A stretch of 53,665 nt of DNA from Octopus bimaculoides (lineage: Eukaryota), in assembly GCF_001194135.2 (NCBI RefSeq), contig NC_068982.1, forward strand, positions 19,537,941 through 19,591,605. The letters run 5' to 3'. A program made the translations under genes and the position numbers. Every line of letters starts with the position of its first letter. The first letter of the stretch is position 1. Shown here in pieces: positions 14,154 to 26,508 of this stretch. The notes under the pieces are model-generated. The model had not been told where the DNA came from. It saw only the letters and a program-made list of their open reading frames with translations, and did no database searches.

Positions 14154-14215
14154 ATTCCAAATCCTGGATTTCTGGCTTTGCATAAATAATAATGCTTTGC
14201 CGTCATCAGTGGAAT
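14154..14215 (-). ncRNA. Type I hammerhead ribozyme motif
   Basis: Minus strand: attcca|CTGATGA|c ggc aaa gcat tattattt atgc aaa gcc a|GAA|atcc a ggat|t|tggaat. Stem I is 6/6 Watson-Crick, the core is intact, and the cleavage triplet is AUU. The base of stem II is a C-A mismatch. Confidence 0.75.
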
Positions 14216-14698
14216 ATACTCAAGTACATAAATACAAATACATGTATATAAACAGTATACTTACATATATATGCACCTATGTACACGACTAGCTTAAATA
14301 GCCCGCCTAAAAACTTCTCGTGCGATCCGGACAGAATATCAGCGCAGTAAATACACTGACAAAACTAATTTATATAAATAAGGATAAGATCGATATTTAA
14401 AATATTGATCTTATCAAGTGGTCAGCATCGGAATAAAAACCATCAAAGGTAATAATTATGAATATAATATGGGTATATAATTTTAAGATGTATCTTGCAG
14501 ATGCTCTGAAATGCATAGTCAGTATGGTAGGTGCAGCCTCGGATGGTTTCGAGTCTTTAAACATCAGAACCTCTCACCCAGTTGAAAAGTCTAAGGTCGA
14601 TCAAGCTCTAGCTTGCAACTACTTTGCAGCGAACCAGTTGTCTGTCCACTTTATCCAAAGCCACCTTCTGTCGTTCATTGCATCTGCAGTGATACGCG

Positions 14699-14700
14699 TT

Positions 14701-14782
<82 letters not shown>
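14699..14782. repeat. (GT)n microsatellite
   Basis: Direct reading. Confidence 0.98.
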
Positions 14783-14784
<2 letters not shown>

Positions 14785-16314
14785 CGTTGTTTTAAGTAAA
14801 TTCATTGAATGAAGAATTCTAGTGAAGAAAGGTTTATCAAACAATGCTTCGGAACGCACTCAACGTGAGCACCAGATATGATGCTATCAAGCTTAATGCA
14901 CTGAGGCTAGAAATATTTATTAATTAAAATAAAATCCACGATGAGAATAAAGAGTAATTAGCTTAATTATTTATTCTGCTCAAGAAGGTATGTGAGTGAA
15001 CTTAATATTCAAATTAGTGAAAATTAATTCGAAATAGAAATGTGCATCGCAGGGGTGTCTGTTCTAATTATTGTGATGCGATGACATCTCTAAAAGCGTT
15101 TCGCTGTTTCTAAAGCTCTTCAACGAGCTATTTAAGTAAGTAGTATTTTCACATGAAGTCAAAGATAATATACTATTTGGTGATGCATATGCACTCATAT
15201 TGAAGCAAATACGGATAACAATATCGGGTGGTTTTCGCTATTCTATTAAAACTGAAGTCACGTAGAGAAACACCTCCATACTTGTTGAAGTATTGTTGGG
15301 CGCTAATATAAGTAAATAAGCTTAAACTTGTAACCTGTTAGTGTAGAGTACTAGAACATAGACCAACACGTAGAGATTATATTACCATAGGTGAAATATC
15401 TAAGATATTCCTCGTATCAAGTTGTTTATTATAAAACGTTTGTGATTTCAAGCGTGGTAATGTTCTTGATGTTTACGATGCTGATAATGACGATGATGAT
15501 TTACGACGAGAACGATGCTGCTGCTGATGATGATGAGGATGATATATGGAGCTGCATTTAGTTAGAAGAGAAAACAGGTGAGGGAGTTAGACCACAGAAG
15601 ACATTACACACAGTAATGCATACCATCTGCAGTTCACAAGTTTCTACCACTTGTTCGGATTTATTTTCCGGATGTATGTAAAGAGATTTTGCCGTAATAA
15701 TTTAAGCCACAAAGTTGCGATGGTGCCTTATACTCCATTTCGTATACTATATCATACATGTGAAAATAAATGACCATATCGTAACATAGTACTCATCATG
15801 TATTATAAATTATTACTTTTCATTTTACAGACCACAACGTTTTAAGATCATGCGAAAGTGAAAAATATAATACACATGCGTGTAGAATTCCTTTTTTTTT
15901 TTATCAATTAAGAATAATATATAATCATTTTACGGAGATGTACTTGCAAAGCTTGCGACTCGATCTGAAACAAAAACAATTGCAGCGTGGAAGGTGTTTA
16001 TAAGCCATTAAAAACACACACACACAAAAACCGTTAGATCCACTTCAGCATTTAAATTCTGTTTGTGTCAAAATATTTTCGTCGCTTTGAAACAGCGACC
16101 TGATTTCGTGGTGCAAGATTTCGTGTTGCAGTCATTCCATACTATTTAAATGAAAACACGTAAACATATCCGGTGTATTTCTTTGATATTAAATGGTAAA
16201 CATTTGAAATGTCTTAACGGTGTTTGTGTTAGCAGAATATTTATCATTAGAGGTTAATTTTTTGTGGGGAGTACTTGAAATAAATTGATGCTTATGTAAG
16301 TAATTATTCCGTTA

Positions 16315-16505
16315 GGGCAGCGAGCTGGCAGACTTGTTAACACACCGCTACATTCTGAGTTCAAATTTCGCTGAGGTCGACTATTCTTTTCTTCCTTTCG
16401 CAGTCGATTAAATAAGTTAACTACTGGGGTCGATGTAACAGACTTAATCTCTTTGTCTATCCTTGCTTGTCCCCTCTATGTTTAGCCCCCTGTGGGCAAT
16501 AAAGA
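16315..16505 (+). mobile_element. SINE family S1
   Basis: ggcagcgagctggcagac head, gagttcaaatttcgctgaggtcgac core, gtgggcaataaagaaa tail. Confidence 0.8.
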
Positions 16506-19500
16506 AAAAAAAAATTTCCTTGTTACAGTTACAAACATCAATCTCGGAATTTCTTTATTTTTTATGTATTACCACTGTATTTGGAGACTGCTGTCAATTG
16601 TACGTCTTTTCCAGGAGCTCAACGTACGATTGCCGAGCGGAAAAATGTTTTAAATTTCCAGTTAAATGAGATATCTGAAAGAAAGTTGGATGCTCTTTTA
16701 TTGTATTGCTCCATATCAAATAGAACTACGACTTATTGCAACCAAAGACCAGCCAAGTGCATTTCATCAAGTTTTCAAATGCCGGCATCACCATATTTAC
16801 TGTATAATTTATAAGATATTCTCAAGCGAACGGAGTACGTTTTGATATTTGAGTGCAACGTTTAGCAGTTTGAGCGACATGTTTAATAGTTGCATATATG
16901 AGGACTGATTGGCTGAGGTGCAATTTAATAGCACCGAATGATTTGGAAGTACAAGAATTGGGGTGAAAATTGTTACTCATAAAGGTAGGATAGAAGAATA
17001 AATGCAGGATAATGAGCTGGGAAACGTGGAACGTCTGCAGTGTGCTCTATTCGTGGAAATGGAGAAATAATGAATAAGAACTTTGTATATAATCTCGAAA
17101 CATGATGCAAAATGTCGTCCAGGTGTAGCACTACTATTCCATACGAAACATGTTGTGGTCCTGAACATGTTTTATTTTCCATGGATATATACAAATATGC
17201 GTCTTCTATTTCAAATAAGCTTAAACTTAGTTTTTTGTTTTCCTTCTAATCATTCACGAACATGTATAACTGATTTTTTTGTTTTTCCTGTTACCAGTAA
17301 TATCAAGTATGGATAATTCTAGGATGACCTCATACTTCAGTGAACGTTAGAATAGAAAAAGAATGTGATTCTGTGACTTTTAGAAACATAGCTACCTTAG
17401 GTCTCGTGTTATAAGCAGAGTTTTCACTTCATGTATTTTTTTTTCTTTTAATTCAGGGTGGTAGTAATATAAAATGTAAAGAAAAAAAATGAAATTGGCT
17501 AGTTGTACTACGTCCAAAAAATTAATATGAATTCTTTTTGTTAGGCTTCAAATGTTATGGCAACTGGCCAGCTTCTATTGAGGGTAATAAAATTCTGACA
17601 AATAATTCTCTGAAGAATAGTTAAATTGGAATTTCATCAGAAAACAAAATATCCGTTGTCTATCGGTAAAGACAGACAACGCTGTTTGCAGAAATAGTAC
17701 TCCGAACATGAATCAGTCAAAAGTGAAAATTATTTTACCAAATTACTTACATCTGATATAATAGCAAACATAGAGGCACCTCAAATACATGCTTGAAAAA
17801 CCTTTTAGTGGTTTGTACCGGAGAACATCTTGTAAAATATGTTATATTAGTATTAAATGAAATACATTTAGAAAGAATTACAAGAAAGCAAGTGGGAATA
17901 TCTAAAAATATTGATTGACTATTGTCTTGAGAATATTATGAGTAATACAAAATTTTCTTTTGAAATTGATGAAACTAGGGTTAACAATTCAGGCTCTGCT
18001 ACGTCAAAAATGTTTATGAACCTTATATTAGATATATGTTATTTCTTAGATGTTCACCTGAAGGATATTGAGGGAAGATATTTTTAATGAATAAAAACTA
18101 ATTTTCCATTTCAACAAGATAGTATTAAGTTCATAGAAATTATCATTTCAAACCTACAGACAAACAAAATTATCGAACAGTTATTTATTTCATTTCCAGT
18201 AACGTTGCTTCTAGACAGATACTGCTACTCATATTCATATTTAGAAAATAACAAACTAGGCGTGGACGGACAAATAAACGGAAGGGTAAATACTAAATAA
18301 AATGAGTGGAATAAACTATGTAACAACGAAAGAAAGGTACCACTAAGGTTTTAGTCAATGAAAATCTAGAATCTAAATTTATCAATTAGATGTATATTCT
18401 TATATGGATTAATTTTAAATGCCTGGCTAATTTCTTAACTCAAAATATGCTAATCTGTTGCATAATGTAATTGAATGTAAATTTCTATTTGGAAGTACAT
18501 GCAAGTGTCTTACATGGAATTGGTGGACCGCCTTCTTAAAGAAAGGGTTAAATCAGTATTCTAGGTAGCAATGATGAAATCAAAGTAGCCTAGAGCACAC
18601 GGATCAAAACTCAAGGAGCGACATCTAAATTACTGAATGGACCTGCTTCTGGTAAGATGTCGAGAAATATACGTTTCTTGTAATCATAAATATGATTTAT
18701 ATATCTAATGAGTAGATTTGTAGCCAGACAAATTAACAATATATGTATCAATGGAAATTATTACTTGTGGCAAATTCCACTCATTAACTACTCCGATTTT
18801 ATAGTAATGAGTCAACGGCAATCGTTTTCGTTTTATTACATAAATTTCCAAACATGTTTTGTAAACACTGAATTTTTGTAGTACATTACGGCAACAAACA
18901 TAGAAATAAAAAAGATAATGCATTAATAAAATAAGCGCACTTAAGGATATCGCTGCTTTTTGTATATATGACAGGTAAATGAAGTAACCACTTCATGGTC
19001 ACTGAATGTACTACACGTAGCAACCACACTACCCTAAAGTAACACTACGTTTTGAAGAAAGGAAGGCACATTGACTAATTTCAATCCTAGACAGCCTAGG
19101 AAAAGCTACAAGTGAAATGTCATGGTCCTATGATCATTCAGTGAGGGCTGATCTTGGGTTCAACAAAACTTCTATTGAATTAGTCGAACAGTACCAAAGC
19201 GCCCCATCAGCGTTAAATTACAACCTACTATCCTAAATATTAAGAATAATATCCTGTAAAAGCAATGAAATTTAGTGAATACCTAAAACGGGAATGAGTT
19301 GATCAGGCCCGGAACGCGTCGATCATAGGTTTAACTTCTTCAGCGTTGAAGAAGAGAACCTACAATAATGCATAGAAATACAATGAAATAGACATACGAA
19401 ATATCACTTGCATCAGATCAATGTGGAAATAAATTCAACGACCCACACATTACCTTCCAAATTCTCCCTTCCCACGATATGCTCCCTTTCTATCACACAC

Positions 19501-21474
19501 TCTATCTCTTTCTCTCCCTCTCCCTCCTTTTGCAGGAGGCTACTGAGAGGAAGAGTCTAGAAAGAAGAGAAATTTATATGGATTTATATATGTGTGTGTG
19601 TATGTGTGTGTGTGTGCGTATGTATGTATATTTTTAAGTAGGTATGTGTTTATCATCTCTGTGTATATATTCATATTACATACACACGTGTGTGTATGTG
19701 TGTGTGTTTCTATTTTTGTGTTTGTATTTTTGTGTGTATTGTGTTAGTGTGAATAGGAGAGCGCGTGTGTTGGAGATTGCGGCCCCAGTATAAATTTCTG
19801 CATTTCAACGAAGGAGACTCAACGAAAATGAATCAGTGCCGACATGGACGATGCTATTTTGTTTTTATACCATCATTGATTTTTAGACTATCATTTAATG
19901 CAATACATCAAAAACTGTACAACATTAGGAAGAAGAGAAACTGCTAATTAAGTCTAAAAATATAGCTCAGCATTAGTTCGTTAATTGCCTATAACTCACC
20001 ATTTTTCTGATTAACTGATTCCCAGAGAAAATAAATAAATAGATCAATGAATGAAAAGAAAATTTCTTCAGAATTTACCGCTATAAAATTTAAAAGTGAA
20101 ATTTATTCCGAACGAAGGCCAACATCTGAAATTTTAGACGTCTACGGGGAAACAAACTACTGACGTATATTTTCGATTAGTAATAACTACATAGAAAATC
20201 TGTCTAACGTATTTGTATTGTGAATCTGACAAAAACATTCCAGTAATCTGGTTAATCTTGTTTGTGAGTAATGACAAGCAGCAATCCTTAGCAGCGATCG
20301 AAAATTATTTTGTCTACGAGTTTTAAATTTTCGTAACACTGCTATCTTTGCTCGATAATTGGATAAACTTCTTTTATTATTCATTTTGTTGTTATCTCTA
20401 TTGGCAACATTCCAACGAAATTGTTTTTTCTACGTTGAGCTATAGGAAGCAATAAACCAACATCACTAAAGGACAAAAAGATGAATGAGGAATGCAAGCA
20501 GGTTAGACCAATTCAGAGACATATTAGATTATTTGTTTGTAATTTAGGTTTTGTGAGATCGAAAAGATGTACATTCGCCAACTTTTAGAATCGCATGATA
20601 TTTTAGGAGGCTGTTCCCTCAGATTTGAGCATAGAACATTTAGTTCTAATGCTAAAACCACTTGCAATTAACATTACCGTGTTTAGAAATATTGACCAGA
20701 TCGATCTGCACCAACGACACACACTGACATTTAAATGGCCAACTATTATTGACAGATGTATGAGTCTTATTTTTGGAACCTAAGAAATATTATCGATACT
20801 TTTGAGCAAGGTATACAAACTCAGGGATTTTGCCCTCTTGAGAGACTTCGGTTACTGCAAGCGAGGACTATGTGTTTAGGCTCAATTTTGATACCTTTTG
20901 ACTCCCAAGTGTCTCTCTAATGAATTTCCCTAGCGCAGTCAAAGCTTACCTAATTCCAGGTCTCTGAAACACTCACGTAAAATTTCAACTATTTTTTTTT
21001 CACACATATACTTACGAAAGTACACAAGTTACACAGTATGTCTATATATTCCTTAGTATCATTAAAGTTATTGTTGAATATATTTCCTTTAATCAATTTT
21101 CCTCACATTTTCTCCATCAATATTTAAAGACTAAAAATATGATATGCATGGGCGTAAATTGATGAATAACGAAGGATTTGACAAACTTCTGAAGTGATAC
21201 AAAAAAGACGTCGAAAATACGTAGAATGTACAAATAGCTCTGTCTTCAATACAAGCGAATATAACTGTCCTGATGTAAACATTTTTATATATCAGGTCAT
21301 CCCATAAATTCTGTCCGATTTTACCTATTTTAAATTTGAATGAAATTTAATAGTATTTTAGAATTCTAATGGAATTAAAAATTATTTTTATGCATATGTG
21401 TACATTTAAACTAATTAAATATTATTTTACAGGATAATAGAATTAACATTTCTTTGATTAAAACCCTTTCTAAC

Positions 21475-22631
21475 CTGCAAGTATCCAAGGAGCATTTGAG
21501 GCACATAATGCTTAATGAGTACAAAAAAGGTAACTCTGCAGCCGAAGCGACTCGAAACATACACTCAGCTTATGGGAGAGAATGCTTCAATGAAAGAATT
21601 TGCAGAAGATGGCTTGCAAAATTGGAGATTTAAGCCTTGAAGATGAAGATCGAACAGGACGTACAGTTGAATTTGATGATAAGCTCCTTGAAGCATTACT
21701 TGAAGAAAATCCTGCATTATCAGTTGAAGAATTGGCAATAATGCATAGTTCAAACCATACAATTGTTCGTCGTCTTCTTCAGCAACTTGGAAAGATTCCT
21801 CAACTTGGAAAATGGGTGCCTCATGAATTGTCCGAAAGCAACCGCAAATCCCGAGTTGACATCTGCTCTTCTCTGTATACACACGAACTCATTCCACCTT
21901 TTTTTGGATAGACTTGTGACTGGTGACGAAAAATGGATTTTCTACTGAAATGTTAAACGCCGTAAACAGTGGCGTGGTAAAAGGGAAAAAGCTCAATCAC
22001 AACCGAGAAGGGAACTTCATGTGAAAAAGGTTCTTCTCTCTATCTGGTGGAATTGCAAAGGAGTACACAAGTTTGAATTGTTAGCATCTAATGCAACAAT
22101 CAATGCTCAAATCTACTGTCAGCAATTATAGCGTTTGAAACAAGCTTTGAAGAAAAAATGACCGGCTTTACTGAATCGAAAAGGAGTGATGTTTCATCAG
22201 GACAATGCACGACCCCACACTGCAAAGATCACATCACAGAAGATCGAAGAGCTTGGTAGGAAACAAATTTCTCATCCACCTTATTCTTCCGACCTTGCTC
22301 CTTCAGACTACCATTTGTTTCGTAGTTTACAGAATCATTCGGGGGACATAACTTTCACAAGCCAGGAGGAGGTCGAAACTAACATTTCAGCGTATGTAGA
22401 TCCCAACTCAGTCGTGTCTGTGAATATATTCCTTCTTAGCCAGGATTGGGCAGCCAGAGACAATATGATTTATTATTTCTAGTCCATCTCCGATGTTGAC
22501 AAGTTAGAAGTTCATGTTTGTGATTCCACCAGTCTTTGAAACCAAAAGTGTTTTACATTGATAGGATTAATAATCTTGTAAATAGATGGAAGGAAGTCAT
22601 AGATAATCAGTGAAAGTACATTGATGATTAA
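21475..22631 (+). pseudogene. mariner (D,D34D-type) transposase pseudogene
   Basis: Motifs WVPHEL, VTGDEKW, HQDNARPH, HPPYSSDLAPSDYHLF and the C-terminal RWKEVIDN are present. Several stops and frameshifts, plus a 139-bp insertion. Confidence 0.93.
22396..22534 (-). mobile_element. Internal R4/Dong LINE fragment inserted into the mariner ORF
   Basis: Minus strand encodes GLEIINHIVSGCPILAKKEYIHRHD*VG (zinc-knuckle region). The mariner coding sequence resumes at 22535. Confidence 0.8.
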
Positions 22632-23267
22632 ATTTCAATTAAATATAACATTTGATCACTTGTTTTCTTTATTCAAAATTCGGACAGAACTTATGGGATG
22701 ACCTGATATAATTACACAGATTCCGTAATTCAATTCATATGTTGGAATGTATCTTCAACAATGGAGTTAGAACTGTTGAGAACTGGTGAAAATTCTTCGC
22801 ATTCCCATGACATATAAAGACTCGATGTTTAAAACTCTTATTAGATTAAAACACAACTTGTAATTAATAGTCCAAAATTTTAATCGATAAGATCGGTGAT
22901 CAGGTAAGTCATTATATCGATTTGCTTCGAATTATTCAACTAGTTATTTTCAGTTCTTGAATAATTCTTGAATAATTCTAAGATTTTGCATGCGTTTATG
23001 TAAACATTCAACTATCTGGCATGAATTAATGCAAATATTCAAATATCTGGCATGTTTCACACCAGTTTCGCTCATTGTTGTTAACTTGATCTGAGAGTTT
23101 TGAAATCTGTAAATGTTGAGTGCCTCACACAGTACAATCGAACTCGTTGCTCTTGATTCGGAATCTAAATTCAGAACCAGCGGCGTATTTACTAATATCA
23201 AGATGGATTGAGTTATTCTAAAACAAGTGTTCTCATCAGAAATTTAACAGAATGTCACAAAAAAATC

Positions 23268-23533
23268 GCGACCAATGTACAAAACTTACCTACACGCACC
23301 CAATTCTTCTGTAAGAAGTCGATATTTTCCCGTACGATAAATAATTTCATATTGAGTCCAGTCTGAAATCTTAGAATCAATACTAAAAGTGAGAAAAAAC
23401 CAGCCCCTTTAAGAAATTTACTGATTCTAAGATTTCAGACTAGACTCAATATGAAATTATTTATCGTACGGGAAAATATCGACTTCTTACAGAAGAATTG
23501 GGTGTGTGTAGGTAAGTTTTGTACATTGATCAC
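23268..23533. repeat. Foldback element or MITE: 115-bp inverted arms with a 36-bp spacer
   Basis: Arms 23268-23382 and 23419-23533 differ at 5 positions by manual comparison. Confidence 0.95.
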
Positions 23534-23805
23534 AAATATTTGATTATTTGATATTTCCCTAACACTATGATTATTTTCAATATAGCCTGATTTTGAGAAA
23601 CCAGATGCTATATATCTTTGTATGATCTGTGTAGGATATTGTTCCTTAACACGTGAATTATTGGACATTTTATAATGTATTCCCTTTACGTTTTTCAGAA
23701 TTGTGCTGTAGATCAAAATTCCATCAAAGTGACAAGGCGCATACATGCAGTAATGTAGAGTTACATCAATATGCCAACAACCAACAATGGACAGAACTGA
23801 CGTCA

Positions 23806-23880
23806 TCAGAGGGTTTCTGAAAAGTTCATGGTCTTAAGGGTATCGCGAAAAGTCTGGCTGGAGGTCTAAACTTCCGATAC
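23806..23880. mobile_element. Partial copy of the 9356-9542 MITE family
   Basis: gggtttctgaaaagttcatggtcttaagggtatcgcgaaaagtctggctggagg resembles the reverse complement of 9480-9542. Confidence 0.6.
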
Positions 23881-24061
23881 AATGAATAATACGCGCTTTG
23901 CAGAATAGTAATATAATAGTCGTAGCCCCAATGATTTTATGTATGGCCATAACTAGCTACATGCTCTTGATGAAGTAAGTACATGTTGAGTATTGGAGTA
24001 ATTACAATCCACTAGCGCCTTTCCACAAACGATTCAAGTCTGCTGCCTGTAATAAAAAGGA

Positions 24062-24243
24062 TTCTTCTTCTTCTTCTTCTTCTTCTTCTTCTTCTTCTTC
24101 TTCTTCTTCTTCTTCTTCTTCTTCTTCTCCTTCTTCTTCTTCTTCTTCTTCTTCTTCTTCTTCTTCTTCTTCTTCTTCTTCTTCTTCTTCTTCTTCTTCT
24201 TCTTCTTCTTCTTCTTCTTCTTCTTCTTCTTCTTCTTCTTTCT
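24062..24243. repeat. (TTC)n/(GAA)n tract, about 60 units
   Basis: Direct reading; one CTC interruption near 24128. Confidence 0.99.
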
Positions 24244-24602
24244 TTTGTAAATTTCAAGGAAAGTGTTAATAATTTCCTCGCAGATTACAAAACTGAAACA
24301 ACGGATTCATAACTTGCTGAAAGCTTATAAACGAGTGAGAGATAATATATTTTTTTTACATTCGTTTTTATTTTTTACATTCTACTTTTAACTCGCCTCT
24401 GCAAATTGTAGGGACGTTAATGACTGATGAATAAAATCTTCCGATAGCAAGTTAAATTTTGGAATGCAAATAACAACAGATATTGAAAATTGTACAGAAA
24501 GGAAATTCTTCATACAGATCTATATTTAAGAGATGAGACATTATGTGCATTATTTGCATTATTTACATTCAACGGATATTTGTCCTCATCTTGTTTGTTG
24601 TT

Positions 24603-24648
24603 AACACAACGTTTCGGCTGATACACCCTCCAGCCTTCTTCAGGTGTC
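24603..24648 (-). ncRNA. Minimal type I hammerhead ribozyme (PLE family A), intact core
   Basis: gacac|CTGAAGA|a|ggctg gagggtgtat cagcc|GAA|ACGT|T|gtgtt; palindromic ACGU stem III. Confidence 0.8.
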
Positions 24649-24677
24649 TTGGTAATCCAAGTTCGAAATTTCCCCAA

Positions 24678-24723
24678 GACTCCTGAAGAAGGCTGGAGGG
24701 TGTATCAGCCGAAACGTTGTGTT
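24678..24723 (+). ncRNA. Minimal type I hammerhead ribozyme (family A), stem I with one mismatch
   Basis: gactc|CTGAAGA|a|ggctg...cagcc|GAA|ACGT|T|gtgtt. Confidence 0.72.
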
Positions 24724-26337
24724 AACAACAACAAACAAGATGAGGACAAATTTCCGTCAAATGGAAATAATGTAAATAATATAAATAATGCAGGGGATTC
24801 TCCACAACTACAAAATGCTTTTATCTTTCAGTAGTAGCATAATGTTCGTGCTCTTTGTGTGCAGAATCGGGAATAGTTGTAACAACACAGCTAGAGGCAA
24901 CTGTTACCTGGCCCATACTACGTGAATGGTGGAAGAGTCAACATAATACATAATACAAATTACATACAAAGTTTATGCAAAAACTAAGCCGATTGTGTGA
25001 AAAGGAAAAATGAATGTGAATGTCTCGTTACACAACATCAGGACACGTCGCTTTATTTTGCTTATCAGATGAGAATTCTGTATCACAGATTTAGTACGAA
25101 TGGTAGTTACTATTTCTGTAACAGAAAAATATTGATATATTTTGGCTGATGTTATCCATTGTGTTCGCACAGCTATAGATAACACATTCACAAAATTTTG
25201 AAATAAAGAAAAATATATTGGAAAAAGAAATGAATTGCAAAAATAAATGTAAAAGTAAAAATGAAATGGTAAAAGAAGAAAATAAAAGATGAGAATATGA
25301 TTTTAGAGATGAATGAAGTGGTTTGAAGTTAAATATTGTGTCTAGAAGATTTTAAAAATTTCAAAAGTTATATTTGATTTCAATGTTTCTGATAATGAAG
25401 TAATGGAATGGGTGGCGTATGTGTAATTTTGTGGTTGAATGTCGTCACAAAAAGCTTTGTGAATAACTATTGTATGACGGAATATTCATAGGTAATGTTC
25501 CAAATATGATATAGAAAAGATTTGGCCTATCACAGTTCTATGACATTTGTTGCAATAGTGAGTTAAATGTCGTAATAGAAATAACACAATCGCTATTGTT
25601 TATCCAGACATTCTGGATTTTTATTGACACCAATAGCATGCGGTAGACGGTTTAATATCAGTCTGATTGGAAATGATTTTGTATTAATGAGTGGCTACGA
25701 CTAGATGCGGCTTTTATTTTATCTGTTGCAATTAGATATGTGCCTGTACGATATTCTACAAAAGTAACCACAGCATTCATAGAGAGCACATAACTTTGGC
25801 ACATAGTTGCTAGTCTAAATTCAACATAGAATTCTAATGACGGATCATTATTTGATATATATTCCATTCTATGTGAGAAGTATGCTGTGTACTCCGATGC
25901 AATTTGTAGGTTTATTAGAGATCACTGCAGAGAGATATAAGTGGGATGAGGTTTCCCATTTAACTGTAGTCTTTTTAATTCAGAGTAATTATTTTTCTTG
26001 TTTATGTTAATTGTGACCATGTTTAATTTTTATTAGGATCATAGTGTATTGCCACCGTATGACGAGTGCATGTTGGAACTATAATCACTGCAATAACAGA
26101 TGTGGTACAAGTAGGAAACTTTGATAGGACTACATGGTAATAATAAGCACTAGCAAAACCGTACACAGGCAAACACACACACATCTAAACACCCAAACAC
26201 ACAAATGGATACTCACAACACAATCACACACACGCGCACAAACGGGCTCACGCATTCATTCACACACGTGTTTATTTATGTTTACATATTTATATGTGTG
26301 CGTGGGTGTGTGTGTATGTGTGTATGTATGTGTGTGC

Positions 26338-26388
<51 letters not shown>

Positions 26389-26508
26389 GGCGCAGGCGTT
26401 GCTGTGTGGTAAGAAGCTTGCTTCCCAACCACATGGTGCTCGTCCCGGTTCAGTTCCACTCCGTGGCACCATTGACAAGAAGTATCTACTGCTATATCCT
26501 CGGCCCTC
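26389..26508 (+). mobile_element. SINE family S2, head and core fragment
   Basis: gctgtgtggtaagaagcttgcttcccaaccacatgg...ggttcagttccact. Confidence 0.75.

Larger units (their letters stand above)
21290..22708 (+). mobile_element. Full-length but inactivated mariner transposon
   Basis: TIRs tatcaggtcatcccataaattctgtccga and cggacagaacttatgggatgacctgata, flanked by TA, with a transposase remnant inside. Confidence 0.95.
24519..24780. mobile_element. Penelope-like terminal repeat (pLTR) fragments in head-to-head inverted arrangement
   Basis: Arms 24549-24652 and 24674-24780 are reverse complements, and the same sequence forms the ends of the GIY-YIG element at 32.6-34.1 kb. Confidence 0.85.

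Noticed and set aside
14545-14575. Minus-strand CTGATGT...CTCGAAAC
   Set aside because: A9 is missing, stem II is not convincing, and there is no NUH/stem I.
16973-17194. HLDDIL motif resembling the RT YxDD
   Set aside because: No surrounding RT motifs; likely coincidental.
19311-19360. Minus-strand CTGAAGAAG...CGACGCGTT resembling a PLE hammerhead, plus an 8-bp hairpin
   Set aside because: GAAA is incomplete and there is no stem I or stem II pairing.
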